Of a DNA stretch of 36,370 nt, positions 23,001 through 31,610 are shown one piece after another; positions within the stretch are counted from its first letter, which is position 1; each line of letters begins with the position of its first letter. The stretch spans positions 1-36,370 of the forward strand of contig KZ539594.1 in assembly GCA_000934665.2 (NCBI GenBank), written 5' to 3'. Origin of the DNA: Catajapyx aquilonaris. Lineage: Eukaryota. The position numbers were made by a program, and so were the translations under genes. Under the pieces are notes generated by a model that was not told where the DNA came from, did no database searches, and was given only the letters and a program-made list of their open reading frames with translations.

Positions 23001-26000
23001 TCAATCGCTATTAAAAAATTATAATGAATCCGGTCTAAATTTGGTCATAAATGGTAAAAATACGCTTTTTGTTAACAGATGGCGATACTGACGGAAAGTG
23101 TCGCCATCTATCGTCCGATTAATTTAAATCCGTTCGGATTTTGTCGAGTTCTCGGGACTATTAAAGGAGTTAGACGCGGTCTGCCGAGCGAGGAGTGGTC
23201 CCGTGACTATTTCATAGGCCCTTTCCACCCCCAACCTCCACAACTCGACCCTGGCTGGGGCCAAATTGTTTGGTTTGGCTTAATTGGGGGGAACATGTCT
23301 CGGCGGTTCGTGCGTGAAGACACACTGCGGGACACCTAATCCCGGACTTTGAAAATTTAATTCCTTTCTATTCACTCCTTAAACTCTCTCTCTCTCCAGG
23401 TTTATATACGCACCTAAATTTCGACCCAAGTCTTGATTTACATTGTTGCACCAACTGAAGGTGCATCAAGTTGAAAACAATTGTTCAACAAACTAAACAT
23501 TGACATAAGATCCACGTCAAAAAAAATAATAATTAAAAAATGACACTAACTTGTGCTCTTCCTATTTTAAAACAATGGACGATGTTGGATTAATATTGGA
23601 TCAAATTTATTTGACGAAAATCGAGCTTGTTCAATCAAAATCACTGCGATTTCAAGCATAATAACAGCTTATTTTAAATTTAAATTAATAATTATATTAA
23701 GTTTTTTTACGTTACCCCGGGATAGGGAGGTGGAATACCACCATAATATTAAGTTTTAAATACATATGAGTATTTGATTAATTTCATTACGAATTTACTA
23801 CAAATTGTGCACCTGGGTTTTAACAGTGAGACTAAATTTGAGCTTATTTTATGCTCACATAAATTAATAATTGCATATTTTAATTATTTATCATTTATTC
23901 ACTTTAACCTCCTGTCCCTTACAGCTCTCAGGGTATACAGCAGGGGTCTCTACGTTAAAAATAATCAAATTATCTGAACTTAACGAGCATAAAATTAATC
24001 AGTAAAATTTAATTGATGCTTATTAAAATTTTAAATAGACACCTTGGAATATTTTACATACACAAAAATTGGATGCACATAATCGATTCTGACAACAATA
24101 CAAAAAGAGAATCTGACGCTTTCACATATGACGTCATATTAGGTTTTATGTATATATATAAAATATGATCATCGCTTTCTCGAAACGTCAATTCGAATCA
24201 CGTGATTATGACAGGTTGTCTCTCTCTATATTTTGCAATGAAGGCCGTGCAAATATGCAAGCCTTCGCTCAGCAATTCGGGTCAACTCGTGTGTGAATCT
24301 CACATCGCGTGTGTGAGTTAAAAAACATGAATAGTATACTCTCCCCTCCATACAATAATCGGATATAATAACCGCCGACACAAATATTGTCCGCAATAAA
24401 TAATCCGGCCTGACATGTTTTCATATGTAAATTTTTTTTTTTGGCTCATTATTTCGAGCCTAATATCAAAGTAGTGTTACATGTAAAATTTAAGCCATTG
24501 TTCCTGAAACACAATTCTAATCAATTTGCCGCATAATATGCACACTTTGTGTCATTGTATGTCATATTTTTTTAAAATAAAAAAAAATCGGGGCGGGTTA
24601 TACACACTGTTTAAATATTAAATAATCACAAAATGTATATGTACCTGATTTCAGCGTTTTAGGAGAACTCGTCCGCAATATGTCTCCTGAAACCACAAAA
24701 AAAACACAATCGGAATTAAATTGCAGGTACATGTAACAATCACTCCCGAACTGCCAACAAAAAACACTTCCAAAAGATTACACAACAATACGGCGCAAAA
24801 ATATGCAGACATTGCGTCGAATACATTTTTTTAAAAAAAATTGTATACACACTGGGCCGTATTCAGAGTCGTTCGCTAATGCAGCGCAAAAGTCCACACT
24901 AACTAGTGCGACGCTAGGTCCGCATTAGCGCCACACTAGTTGCTCCCATTCAGAGTCGCCTCACTGCCTGCTTAGAGCGGTGCACTAGGTTCGAACACTG
25001 CACTAGCGAGATGCGGTGTTGCCACGATTTCACAGACAGGTTTTCGGACACCGTCTGTGCGATAAATGGGCTTTTAAATATTGATGCATATCTTTTTCGA
25101 TTTTAATACATTTTATACACCTGAAAACACATTTTAGATGATTAAATAATTAGTAATGACGAATTTACGCAAAAAAAAATCGGAGCTGGGGTCGGCGGGC
25201 GACGATCTTCATTCGTGCTTCCACGTGGTGCTTCATTTAATCTTGATTTAATCACCAGGGCGACGATCTTCATTTGTTTCCCCAGGCTGGGGAAACAAAT
25301 GAAGATTGAGCGCCAAAAATCGCTTAGCAGCAGTTTAAAAAGCTGCTAAGTTATTTTCAAACTACCGCCACTGCCTAGTTCGATGTTAGTTCGACGCAAA
25401 AGAAGGGGGTCCCCTTCACTAAGTTTTTCCTTAGTGCACCGCTTTAGCAGGATCGCACTAAGTCCGCACTAGGCCCGAACTAGGCCTAAAGCGCGACTCT
25501 GCATGCGACTTTTCTTAGTGAACTGGGTCACGTGGTTTAAAGCACTGCACTAAACTCTTGTTGTTGACTCTGAATACGGCCCACTTTCTATAAATTGTCT
25601 CGAATAATTGTCACCATCAATATAACAACATTCATGACGTATTATTGCTCATCGAATTAATCCGGTCGAAGTGCACAATTATTACTAATATTATGCATCG
25701 GAATAAAATTATTCAGATTGGTGAATAATTACATATAAAATTACAAACATGAAATAATTGTATGCGAATAATTAGAATTTTTAACTCATTAGAAATTATT
25801 CAAATTGGTGAACAAATTTGCATAACCGGACCAAGTACGTCAAATAAATAACTGGTACAGTTGTCATTATAATCATACTGTATGTGAATAATAATTATTA
25901 CAGTATATTTTTGCTGTTGTGACAATTTCGTCCTCAATATCAGCCCAAAATTTTCTCTCTCTCTTTGCATAACGCCTTTCCTGTATGAGCTTCAAATTGA

Positions 26001-29000
26001 CCTGGTGTGAAATGGCTTTTAATTCACCCCCCTTTTTTGTACCCTGACTATGACCCATGGGTCCTTCTTTCCTCGCCTGCAGTATTCCCAGATCGATAAG
26101 TTAGCGGTTTTTTGGGGGGTTGAAAAAAGTAGAGGGGGTGGTTGGGCCATAGTCAATGTGCGATAATAATGTTGCCCAAGGTGGATGGAGGGGGGGGTTA
26201 TTCTCAACTAGATTTTGTATAGGGGGGGGGGGAGTTGAGTCCACTGGGGGTATAATGTGCCTAACTCTAAATCGATGCCTCCCAACACACCCACCTTTAA
26301 CCCCCCAAAGCACAGTTTAGACCCGGTTGTTTAGAGGGGGGGGGGGGGTTACCAAATTTACGTTTTAATGGGAGAACCCCCAAAGCATGATGAAGAAAAG
26401 GTGGAAAAAATTTCTAGTGATTTAAGTGGAAGAAATATCAGTGTTATTCCGAACAATTCACTATACTTTTCTTATATGAATATCCGAAATAATTGTGGAT
26501 AAGTACACGTTAAATGTGAGAAAAAAAATCTTCCGCACTTAATTTCAGGTTAAGGATAAGAGGAAAGCATTTTTGATTTTTATATATATTTTTTAAATTT
26601 ATTTGGCGCTCCATTAGAGGGGGGTGGAGTACCACCATTTGATGGGGCCAAGGATGGGGAAGGAAGCAGGCGGCTGTGGCCTATTGATATGTGTAAATAT
26701 ATTTCGCATATCCATATATGATTCGACAATATTTTAAAAATAAATACATAAGTACTTGGTAAGTAAATCTTGTATATAAAAAAGCAATGTTTGTTGGTAT
26801 GCTCCGTTTCCATTCCTCTCTTTACCGCCTGATAGTCTGCCATAGCAACTGGTTACCATGGCAACGAAGTGACCATAGCAATGGGGTTTCCATAGCAACG
26901 GATTAATTCGTATTAATTATTAATTTCCCGTCCGAACTGGTAGACTATAGTAAATAAAATTAAATAAATGCGATAACACAATCGTAAATCACGAATTTAG
27001 CCAAATGTGATTGTGAAAGGTGTCTACAATACCCATCAACTGGGGGATTGTGCCAGATGGGGTGAGATTGTGCCAGAGCTTTTTTTGGGACAACAGTGCG
27101 CCCTACTGGCAGCAAGCGTAAACTATAGCAAATCTCACTGCAATTAAGTGGTCAAGTTGGTTATTAGCACTGTTGACCCTCCAAAAAAATGGACTGGCAC
27201 AATCTCACCCCCTGTCAATTCACATGAAAAATAAATGGTGTAATTTCACTCTTTTTCATCCAATAAATCACATTTTTGTCGGTGTTGAAAATAGGCGGTC
27301 CTTTTCCTCTCAAAATGTGTCTGAAGGACATTTTTGACCCCCTCCAAAAAAAAACGGTCCAAACAACAAGAGGAGAGCCTTGGGAGATAGAGTAGGCGCC
27401 CTGAGGTCCCGGCTTCGGGGGTCATTAGGCCGTTATTACATGCAGTCCAGCCGCCCAGACGATGGCTCACTGATAAAGTGTCTAACTCCCGAAAAAAAGC
27501 CGACAAAATCCCTCAAAAAAAATTTAAGCAGACATTAAAATCAAAATTTGAACGTACACAATTTAAACAATTTTTCCAAGTCGATATATTTAGCTAATTT
27601 GAAATAAACAACGTAAGTGTTTGTAATATTGAAGAAAAAAAAGGGGGTGATATTTAGGTGTAATTAGTAAGGTTTTTTGGACCTAATGAGACTGGGGCCT
27701 ATTGACTTGTCCTTTTTTTCGGTGGAGAAGGGGACATTAGGAGCGGGGGGGAAAAGATCAACAAGGCTTTTCGGGTGGGCCTTCATTCATCACCAAAGAA
27801 AAACCCGAGGGTTTTCCGAACCCAAAACCCGAGGGTTGGGGGGGTTGAAATCTGACTATTCCATCGAGTATGTCACACTTGTAAAAGGCGACTAATTACG
27901 CCCACATTTACTGAGAAGGTGTTGGTATAATTGGATGTGGTGTCGGTTACTGGCGGTTATTAACGGACGAAACAACTATTAGGGCCGGTTGCACCAAATG
28001 TAAACCATGAACCGATGGTTATTTCTTGTTAACCATTATTAGATTTACTGGCGGTTAACGGCCGACAACAAGGGTTGAAACAATAGGCCATTTATTGTTA
28101 ACTATGGTTAACAATTTATATGTTTGGTAAATTAATTTTAAACGGTGAATTCTCATGGTTAACAAGATGGTTTACATTTGATACAACCAGGCCTAAGCAT
28201 TGTCCCGGCCAACCTCCTGTAAATTGTCAGTGGTTAATTTATTTATCATTGTTAACCATGGTTGACAAAAGTTCGTTAATCACGGTTAACACCGATAAAT
28301 AAATTAACCACTAACAATAGTAGTTTAGCCGGGACAATACTTAGGCCTAGTTGCATCAAATGTAAACCATGACGGTTATTCATGTTAACCACGGTTAACG
28401 AAAGTTAATAACCATGGTTAACACTTAGTGAATTAACTTAATTTTGAAAATGCTAAATAGTGACTAATTGTTGCATAAGCGGCCTAAAATGCATTTTAGG
28501 CCGCTCAGGCAACAATTAGTCACTATCCATGTTAGGCCTAAACAATTCAGATCCGCCGACACAAAATATGCTATCGGCTTTTTTTTAAGTCCATTGTTGC
28601 CTCTTTTACATGAAAGGGATGCCGATTTGAAGGAAAACCTATGTGTCAATAGGCCGCAACACAACTATTATCAAGTCCACTTGACCCATCGAGCGATAAA
28701 CATGTCCCCACACTCTTTTTGGCGGAGCCGAAAAACACACAGAAAAAGCGACGCCGAAAAAAAAATGACGCCTAATCTTCAACCGATTAACACCCTGATA
28801 GCGATTTGCAAAAAAAAACTAGTTATTTAAACAGTTAGGTCACACATTATCTCCTCCCCCCCCCCCAAAAAAAAGAAATTCGGCGAACTCTGGAGAATAA
28901 AATCGCAACAAATTCTCAGAAAATCGTAGCCGATTTTTGGAACTTTTTTTTTTGGAGTTGACTGTCGAAAATAAAATGGGTAATAAAACGGGTAGAAAAA

Positions 29001-30513
29001 CAATTTGACCTTCTTGGCCAAAAATAGTTCGGCTGAGGGGATAACAATAAACCGGTTACATGTCAACCCCTTTCGTATATAGCGGACGAAAAGTATTTTT
29101 TCACGTAGGCCCGATAAGTTTCGCGGGGGGTGAAAATCCGGGTTGCTAGGGGAGAGTAGGGGGTCACGTTTTAAAAATTTCTTACAAGTCATATCCGGGT
29201 TCGAGTTCATACATTTTTGGAAAACGGTACAAAATTAGAGCGAACCAAATTGTAACAATGTAACAAGTGCGGCAAATATTAAAATAAAAAAAAATAATGG
29301 CCTAAATATTTTCAGGGGGAAAAAACAAGCTCAAAATTTGAGCGAATAGCATTCAAATTTTGAGCTTAATATGTACGCTACCGGGTTTTTAAAAAATTAG
29401 TCATAAAAATTTTGGAGTGAAAAATCTTAGGCCAATTGCATTGAATTTGGCTTACGATTCAAATTGCGCTGTAAAATTTACAGACCAAAATTTTAACTCA
29501 AATGACCATTGCGTTAAAGCAAATTAGTGAAAATCGCATATTAAGTTAAGGCCTATACCTGACAGGGCGAACTCAAATTATGCAGATTAATGCATGCGGC
29601 GATTACAGGACATAATTTGAGATTAACTCAAAATTTAGCTTTTGGCACAACAGGCTGACATAATTTGTACTCAATTTTGAGCTAGCTACGTGCCAAGCTA
29701 CAAATAAATCAAAATTTGAGCCACTTTAGCACAAAAATGAGTCAAAAAGCCTGCACTCAAAATTGAGCATATACAATCGCTCAAAAATTAACTCAAATTT
29801 TCCCTCATTTTTGGTCACTCTGTCCTTAATTTTACGCTATGTGCCACTACAGATAACTCAAAATTTGAGCCACGTTAGCACGAACATGAGTCAAAATCAC
29901 TCGTGCCTTGCACTTAAAATTGGGCATAAAATCGCTCAAAAATTAACTCAAATTTTTCGTCACTTTGTCCTTAATTTTGAGTTACACAACCGCTATGTGC
30001 CACTACAGCTAACTAAAATTTGAGCCACGTTAGCACGAACATGAGCCAAAATCACTCGGGCCTTGCACTAACTGCACTTAAAATTAGGCATAAAATCGCT
30101 CAAAAATTAACTCAAATTTTGATTAATTTTTCGTCACACTGTCCTTAATTTTGAGTTACACAACCGCTATGTGCCACTACATATAACTAAAATTTGAGCC
30201 ACTTTAGCACGAAAATGAGTCAAAATCACTCGTGCCTCTGCACTTAAAATTGGGCATAAAATGGCTCAAATTTTAACTCAAAATTTGACGTATGAGTGAA
30301 AAATCATGCGCGGTTTAGGCCTAACAATACTACACTCAAATCACAATTTTGAGTTACATTGTTGTCACTTTGGGCAATACACTGTACTGGCAATGAGCCT
30401 CGTTACATCACAACTTGGGGGGCACTAGCTATACATGACCTCTTCCCGCACAAGAGGTCAGGTCACTACACATAAACAATGGGGGTCAACTTACTCTGCG
30501 GCTGTTCGGTCAT
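5249..30513 (-). CDS. Isl1: Islet/tailup-family LIM-homeodomain transcription factor (ISL-1-like), spliced CDS join of 5 exons, 3'-partial (last exon not in window)
   Basis: Exons 30495-30513, 18303-18492, 16603-16892, 9039-9352 and 5249-5455 join in frame (intron phases 1,2,1,0) with GT-AG borders. Translation: [18 protein letters not shown]...LIM1...LIM2...homeodomain [59 protein letters not shown]...[13 protein letters not shown]...[18 protein letters not shown], which is diagnostic of Islet. Confidence 0.95.
5990..7310. repeat. Degenerate AT-rich repeat array (CCCAAATTAGTCAAAATCTCCGATTAAAT...TGTATTAATCTG) that switches orientation near 6900
   Basis: Repeated motif at 5990-6800, an inverted pair at about 6792-6872 / 6931-7016, and a direct duplicate at about 7006/7128. 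Confidence 0.75.
8244..8446. repeat. Two opposed short arrays: 21-bp (CAGCGGATACAGCCCTGTCTT) and inverted 22-bp (GGGTGTATCCGCTGAGGG..)
   Basis: The shared core CAGCGGATACA occurs 3-4 times on + at 8244-8315 and 3 times on - at 8388-8446. Confidence 0.75.
9039..9352 (-). CDS. Isl1: Islet exon 4, homeodomain
   Basis: tttccaccag|ATTCTTCG...GAGAAA|gtgagt, 314 nt. Gly/Ser linker followed by the Islet homeodomain ending [24 protein letters not shown]. Confidence 0.97.
9760..10015. repeat. Degenerate ~130-bp direct duplication with GACGGACAGA motifs, possible Helentron/DINE-like relic
   Basis: AATCCGAAT...ATACCTGTCCAC.GAC.GAC...TTTTTTTGATGAGAAAA..TCTAAAA.T.GGCCAGATAA occurs twice. The family assignment is inference. 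Confidence 0.5.
10864..10973. mobile_element. 110-bp loopless palindromic MITE-like insertion, GGG termini, 3-bp ATT duplication
   Basis: ATT|GGGTGGAATTTT...AAAATTCCACCC|ATT. The central 60 bp (10889-10948) form a perfect palindrome centred on GTATAC. Confidence 0.7.
11013..11056 (+). repeat. (AG)22 microsatellite
   Basis: Perfect dinucleotide run. Confidence 0.98.
12200..12340 (+). mobile_element. Possible degenerate tRNA-derived SINE head
   Basis: Perfect Pol III B box GGTTCGATTCC at 12252-12262, with only a weak A-box-like GGGACAGATGG about 40 bp upstream. Confidence 0.3.
12781..13476. repeat. Tandem repeat, 4 units of 164-184 bp in ABAB higher-order arrangement
   Basis: AG(C/A)TCAACAATAGGCATGAAAATAC starts at 12781, 12950, 13134 and 13298. 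Units 2 and 4 carry an extra CCACGAA.CAAAATTGGA segment. Confidence 0.9.
14218..14460 (+). mobile_element. Two direct copies of a Tc1/mariner-like left end (TA CAGGGTGTTCCA...), no right end seen
   Basis: TACAGGGTGTTCCA...GGTCACTTTT..ATAACTGATATC.CCCGATAGCAGTTAC at 14218 and 14380, with a small hairpin ATATTCGACTC/GAGTCGAATAT between them. Confidence 0.55.
14759..14786. other. Assembly gap flanked by poly-C
   Basis: Run of N. Confidence 0.99.
14871..14892 (+). repeat. (AG)n microsatellite
   Basis: About 11 AG units. Confidence 0.9.
15170..15410. repeat. AT-rich ~23-bp minisatellite (TTAACATAAATTATGAAATATCTA-like)
   Basis: Several near-identical copies at 15262-15345 with degenerate flanks. 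Confidence 0.8.
15417..15655 (+). mobile_element. tRNA-derived SINE with V-domain (V-SINE-like)
   Basis: A box TGGCGGAGTGG 15428-15438 and B box GAGTTCGATCC 15473-15483, followed by GTTCTCTCCGTATTCGCGTGGGTTTTCTCGGGGTTCTCCCGTTTCATCCCACAATCAAAA. This matches the V-SINE core as recalled (GTTCTCCCCGTGTCTGCGTGGGTTTTCTCCGGGTGCTCCGGTTTCCTCCCACA). Confidence 0.8.
15660..15844. mobile_element. Foldback element with (GTTT)n/(AAAC)n inverted arms, Helitron-5'-end-like
   Basis: TCTATTATAAAAGCAAAG..(GTTT)n GTCCGAGTTTGA is inverted to TCAAACTTGGAC(AAAC)n AAAATTTGCCTTTTATAG. Confidence 0.5.
16603..16892 (-). CDS. Isl1: Islet exon 3, LIM domain 2 plus Asn-rich linker
   Basis: tttccgacag|GTTATTC...AATTCAG|gtaaga, encoding [96 protein letters not shown]. 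Confidence 0.96.
17468..17535. other. Assembly gap flanked by poly-G
   Basis: Run of N. Confidence 0.99.
18303..18492 (-). CDS. Isl1: Islet exon 2, LIM domain 1
   Basis: ttttttttttcgcag|AAAAG...GACTATGTCAG|gtaata, 190 nt, encoding [63 protein letters not shown]. Confidence 0.96.
18760..19260 (+). repeat. 24-bp minisatellite GAAATTTACGCTCACAATTGAGTT with degenerate flanks
   Basis: 5 essentially perfect copies at about 19018-19138. This explains the spurious (LKFTLTIE)n ORF. Confidence 0.9.
20040..21560 (+). repeat. Degenerate tandem satellite (~75-90 bp subunits: TTTTGGCGAAAT..GGATGAATTT...AAAATTGGGTCGGAAATATTTTGAG...AAATTGAG)
   Basis: More than 15 related subunits of alternating types. Confidence 0.85.
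22680..23130. repeat. Repeat cluster with six AGATGGCGA(C/T)AC / GTGTCGCCATCT motifs forming inverted pairs
   Basis: Copies at 22690, 22721, 22901, 22981, 23077 and 23098. Confidence 0.75.
24645..24686 (-). CDS. Isl1: Candidate 42-nt symmetric (phase 1-1) cassette micro-exon of Islet, encoding [14 protein letters not shown](E)
   Basis: Minus strand reads gtgttttttttgtggtttcag|GAGACATATTGCGGACGAGTTCTCCTAAAACGCTGAAATCAG|gtacat. It is open in the Islet frame and its length is a multiple of 3. No homology support. Confidence 0.4.
24854..25582. mobile_element. 729-bp non-autonomous DNA transposon, PIF/Harbinger-related; 17-bp perfect TIRs, 3-bp ACT duplication
   Basis: ACT|GGGCCGTATTCAGAGTC...GACTCTGAATACGGCCC|ACT, with subterminal CACTAG/CACTAAG repeats at both ends and no ORF. 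Confidence 0.85.
26835..26899. promoter_or_regulatory. Tandem array of four RFX X-box-like motifs, 17-bp period
   Basis: GTCTGCCATAGCAAC 26835, GTTACCATGGCAAC 26852, GTGACCATAGCAAT 26869 and GTTTCCATAGCAAC 26886. Two copies match the GTHNYYATRRNAAC consensus exactly. Confidence 0.6.
27059..27211. mobile_element. 153-bp MITE-like element with 18-bp perfect inverted ends
   Basis: GGGGTGAGATTGTGCCAG (27059-27076) pairs with CTGGCACAATCTCACCCC (27194-27211). A partial extra left end lies at 27042-27056. Confidence 0.6.
27982..28430. mobile_element. Composite Tourist/PIF-Harbinger-like MITE foldback rich in GGTTAAC
   Basis: TTA|GGGCCGGTTGCACCAAATGTAAACCAT...ATGGTTTACATTTGATACAACCAGGCC|TAA (27982-28193). 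A third TIR copy starts at about 28343, and 28167-28370 is itself a long inverted repeat. Confidence 0.7.
29600..30290 (+). repeat. Tandem repeat, ~155-175 bp units
   Basis: GCTATGTGCCACTAC...AAATTTGAGCCAC.TTAGCACGAA.ATGAG at about 29837, 29992 and 30166, plus a diverged copy at about 29690. Confidence 0.85.
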
Positions 30514-30652
30514 GTCTTCAGCCTTTGAGGGCGAAATTTTGAACTCCTTTTTTTTCAGTGTGGTCCTTATTTTGAAACTCAAACGTGGAAAAAAAAAAAT
30601 TGTATCCCGCACTTGTTTTTTAAAACGAGGTCATCTGGGTCACAACAGGTCA
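30436..30652. promoter_or_regulatory. Cluster of 7 RGGTCA nuclear-receptor half-sites including DR3 and DR4 arrangements
   Basis: TGACCT 30436, AGGTCA 30455 and 30460, GGGTCA 30483, and AGGTCAtctGGGTCAcaacAGGTCA 30628-30652. Confidence 0.4.
30495..30513 (-). CDS. Isl1: Islet coding exon 1 (start codon; MTEQPQ + 1 nt)
   Basis: Minus strand reads gaagac ATG ACC GAA CAG CCG CAG A|GTAAGT, a strong donor in phase 1 that matches exon 2. The joined [18 protein letters not shown] parallels vertebrate MGDPPKKKRLISLCVGCG. There is an in-frame stop upstream, and the exon lies about 300 bp from a promoter-like motif cluster. Confidence 0.75.
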
Positions 30653-30779
30653 CTTATCTTCGGGACATGTCCAGTCACCCTTCTGCTCGATGTCGTACCC
30701 CCTCCGAAAATGAGTAACCCAGGGTAGGTACCCAACCAATTTTTTTTTTTTTTTTTTGAGTTGTCTAGGGTGGAGTTTC

Positions 30780-31075
30780 TCCCCCCCCCCCCCCCTACAC
30801 TACCACGCAGGTCTGGTTTGTGATTGGCTGTCTGATGTGGAGAAGAGAGTTGGCCAATCAGAGAAGGATGCGAATCGATACGGCCAGAGGGGGCTGGTGA
30901 TATAAAGGCGGGGGAATAGGCGGGGCTTGGAAGGACTAGAGAGAGGGGGGGTTAAAGATACGCCCATTTTAACACCGTTTTTTTTTGGGGGGGGGGGAGT
31001 AGATGACAATGGACATATCTTACGCCGGAGTATGATATTGGGAGTATCTTAGAACCGGAAGTGCAGGCGGAAGTT
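30780..31075. promoter_or_regulatory. Putative Islet core/proximal promoter (CCAAT boxes, GC boxes, TATA-like, ETS sites)
   Basis: TGATTGGCTG 30821-30830 and TGGCCAATCAG 30851-30861 (NF-Y type); TATAAA 30901-30906 on +; AGGCGGGG at about 30906 and 30918; ACCGGAAGTG 31054-31063 and GGCGGAAGT at about 31066. All lie 270-560 bp upstream of the predicted ATG. Confidence 0.55.
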
Positions 31076-31089
31076 GAAACTTTAAAGCG

Positions 31090-31610
31090 TTGACACTATT
31101 GATATCAACACATTGTTGTAACACATGTGGAGTAACTTGCACCTGGGGTATAACTACAGGAGTAATGTTAGGTGTCAACAAACTGTTATATTTTATTAGC
31201 AAATAACTGATATGTATTATTAGCTTATAATATAGAGCTGGTGTTACAAGCACATTGTTGTACGTTTCAGGATTAAAGGATTTAATATGGAGTAACTTGC
31301 ACCTGGTGTAACTACAGGGGTAATGTTTGAACGGTGTCAACTACTTGTATTATTTTATTGTCTAATAACTGATACGTCCTATTAGCTCAGAATATAGCTG
31401 GTATTACAAGCATTTACATTGTTGGCACTGTTTTGTGCTTTAATCTGGAGGTTACTTACACCTGGAGTAACATAAGTTACTCCGGTGTTAGCCACTGTTA
31501 CATTTTAACTTCTAATAATAACTGATATAGCTTAGAATAGAGCTGGTGTTACACTGAAGCACATTGTTGTACTTTTTAGGATTCAAGTAACTTGCACCTG
31601 GTAATATTTG
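31090..31610 (+). repeat. Degenerate ~140-165 bp tandem repeat (ACATTGTTG...GTAACTTGCACCTGG...GCTGGTGTTACA)
   Basis: Unit starts at about 31110, 31252, 31396 and 31561. Confidence 0.75.
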
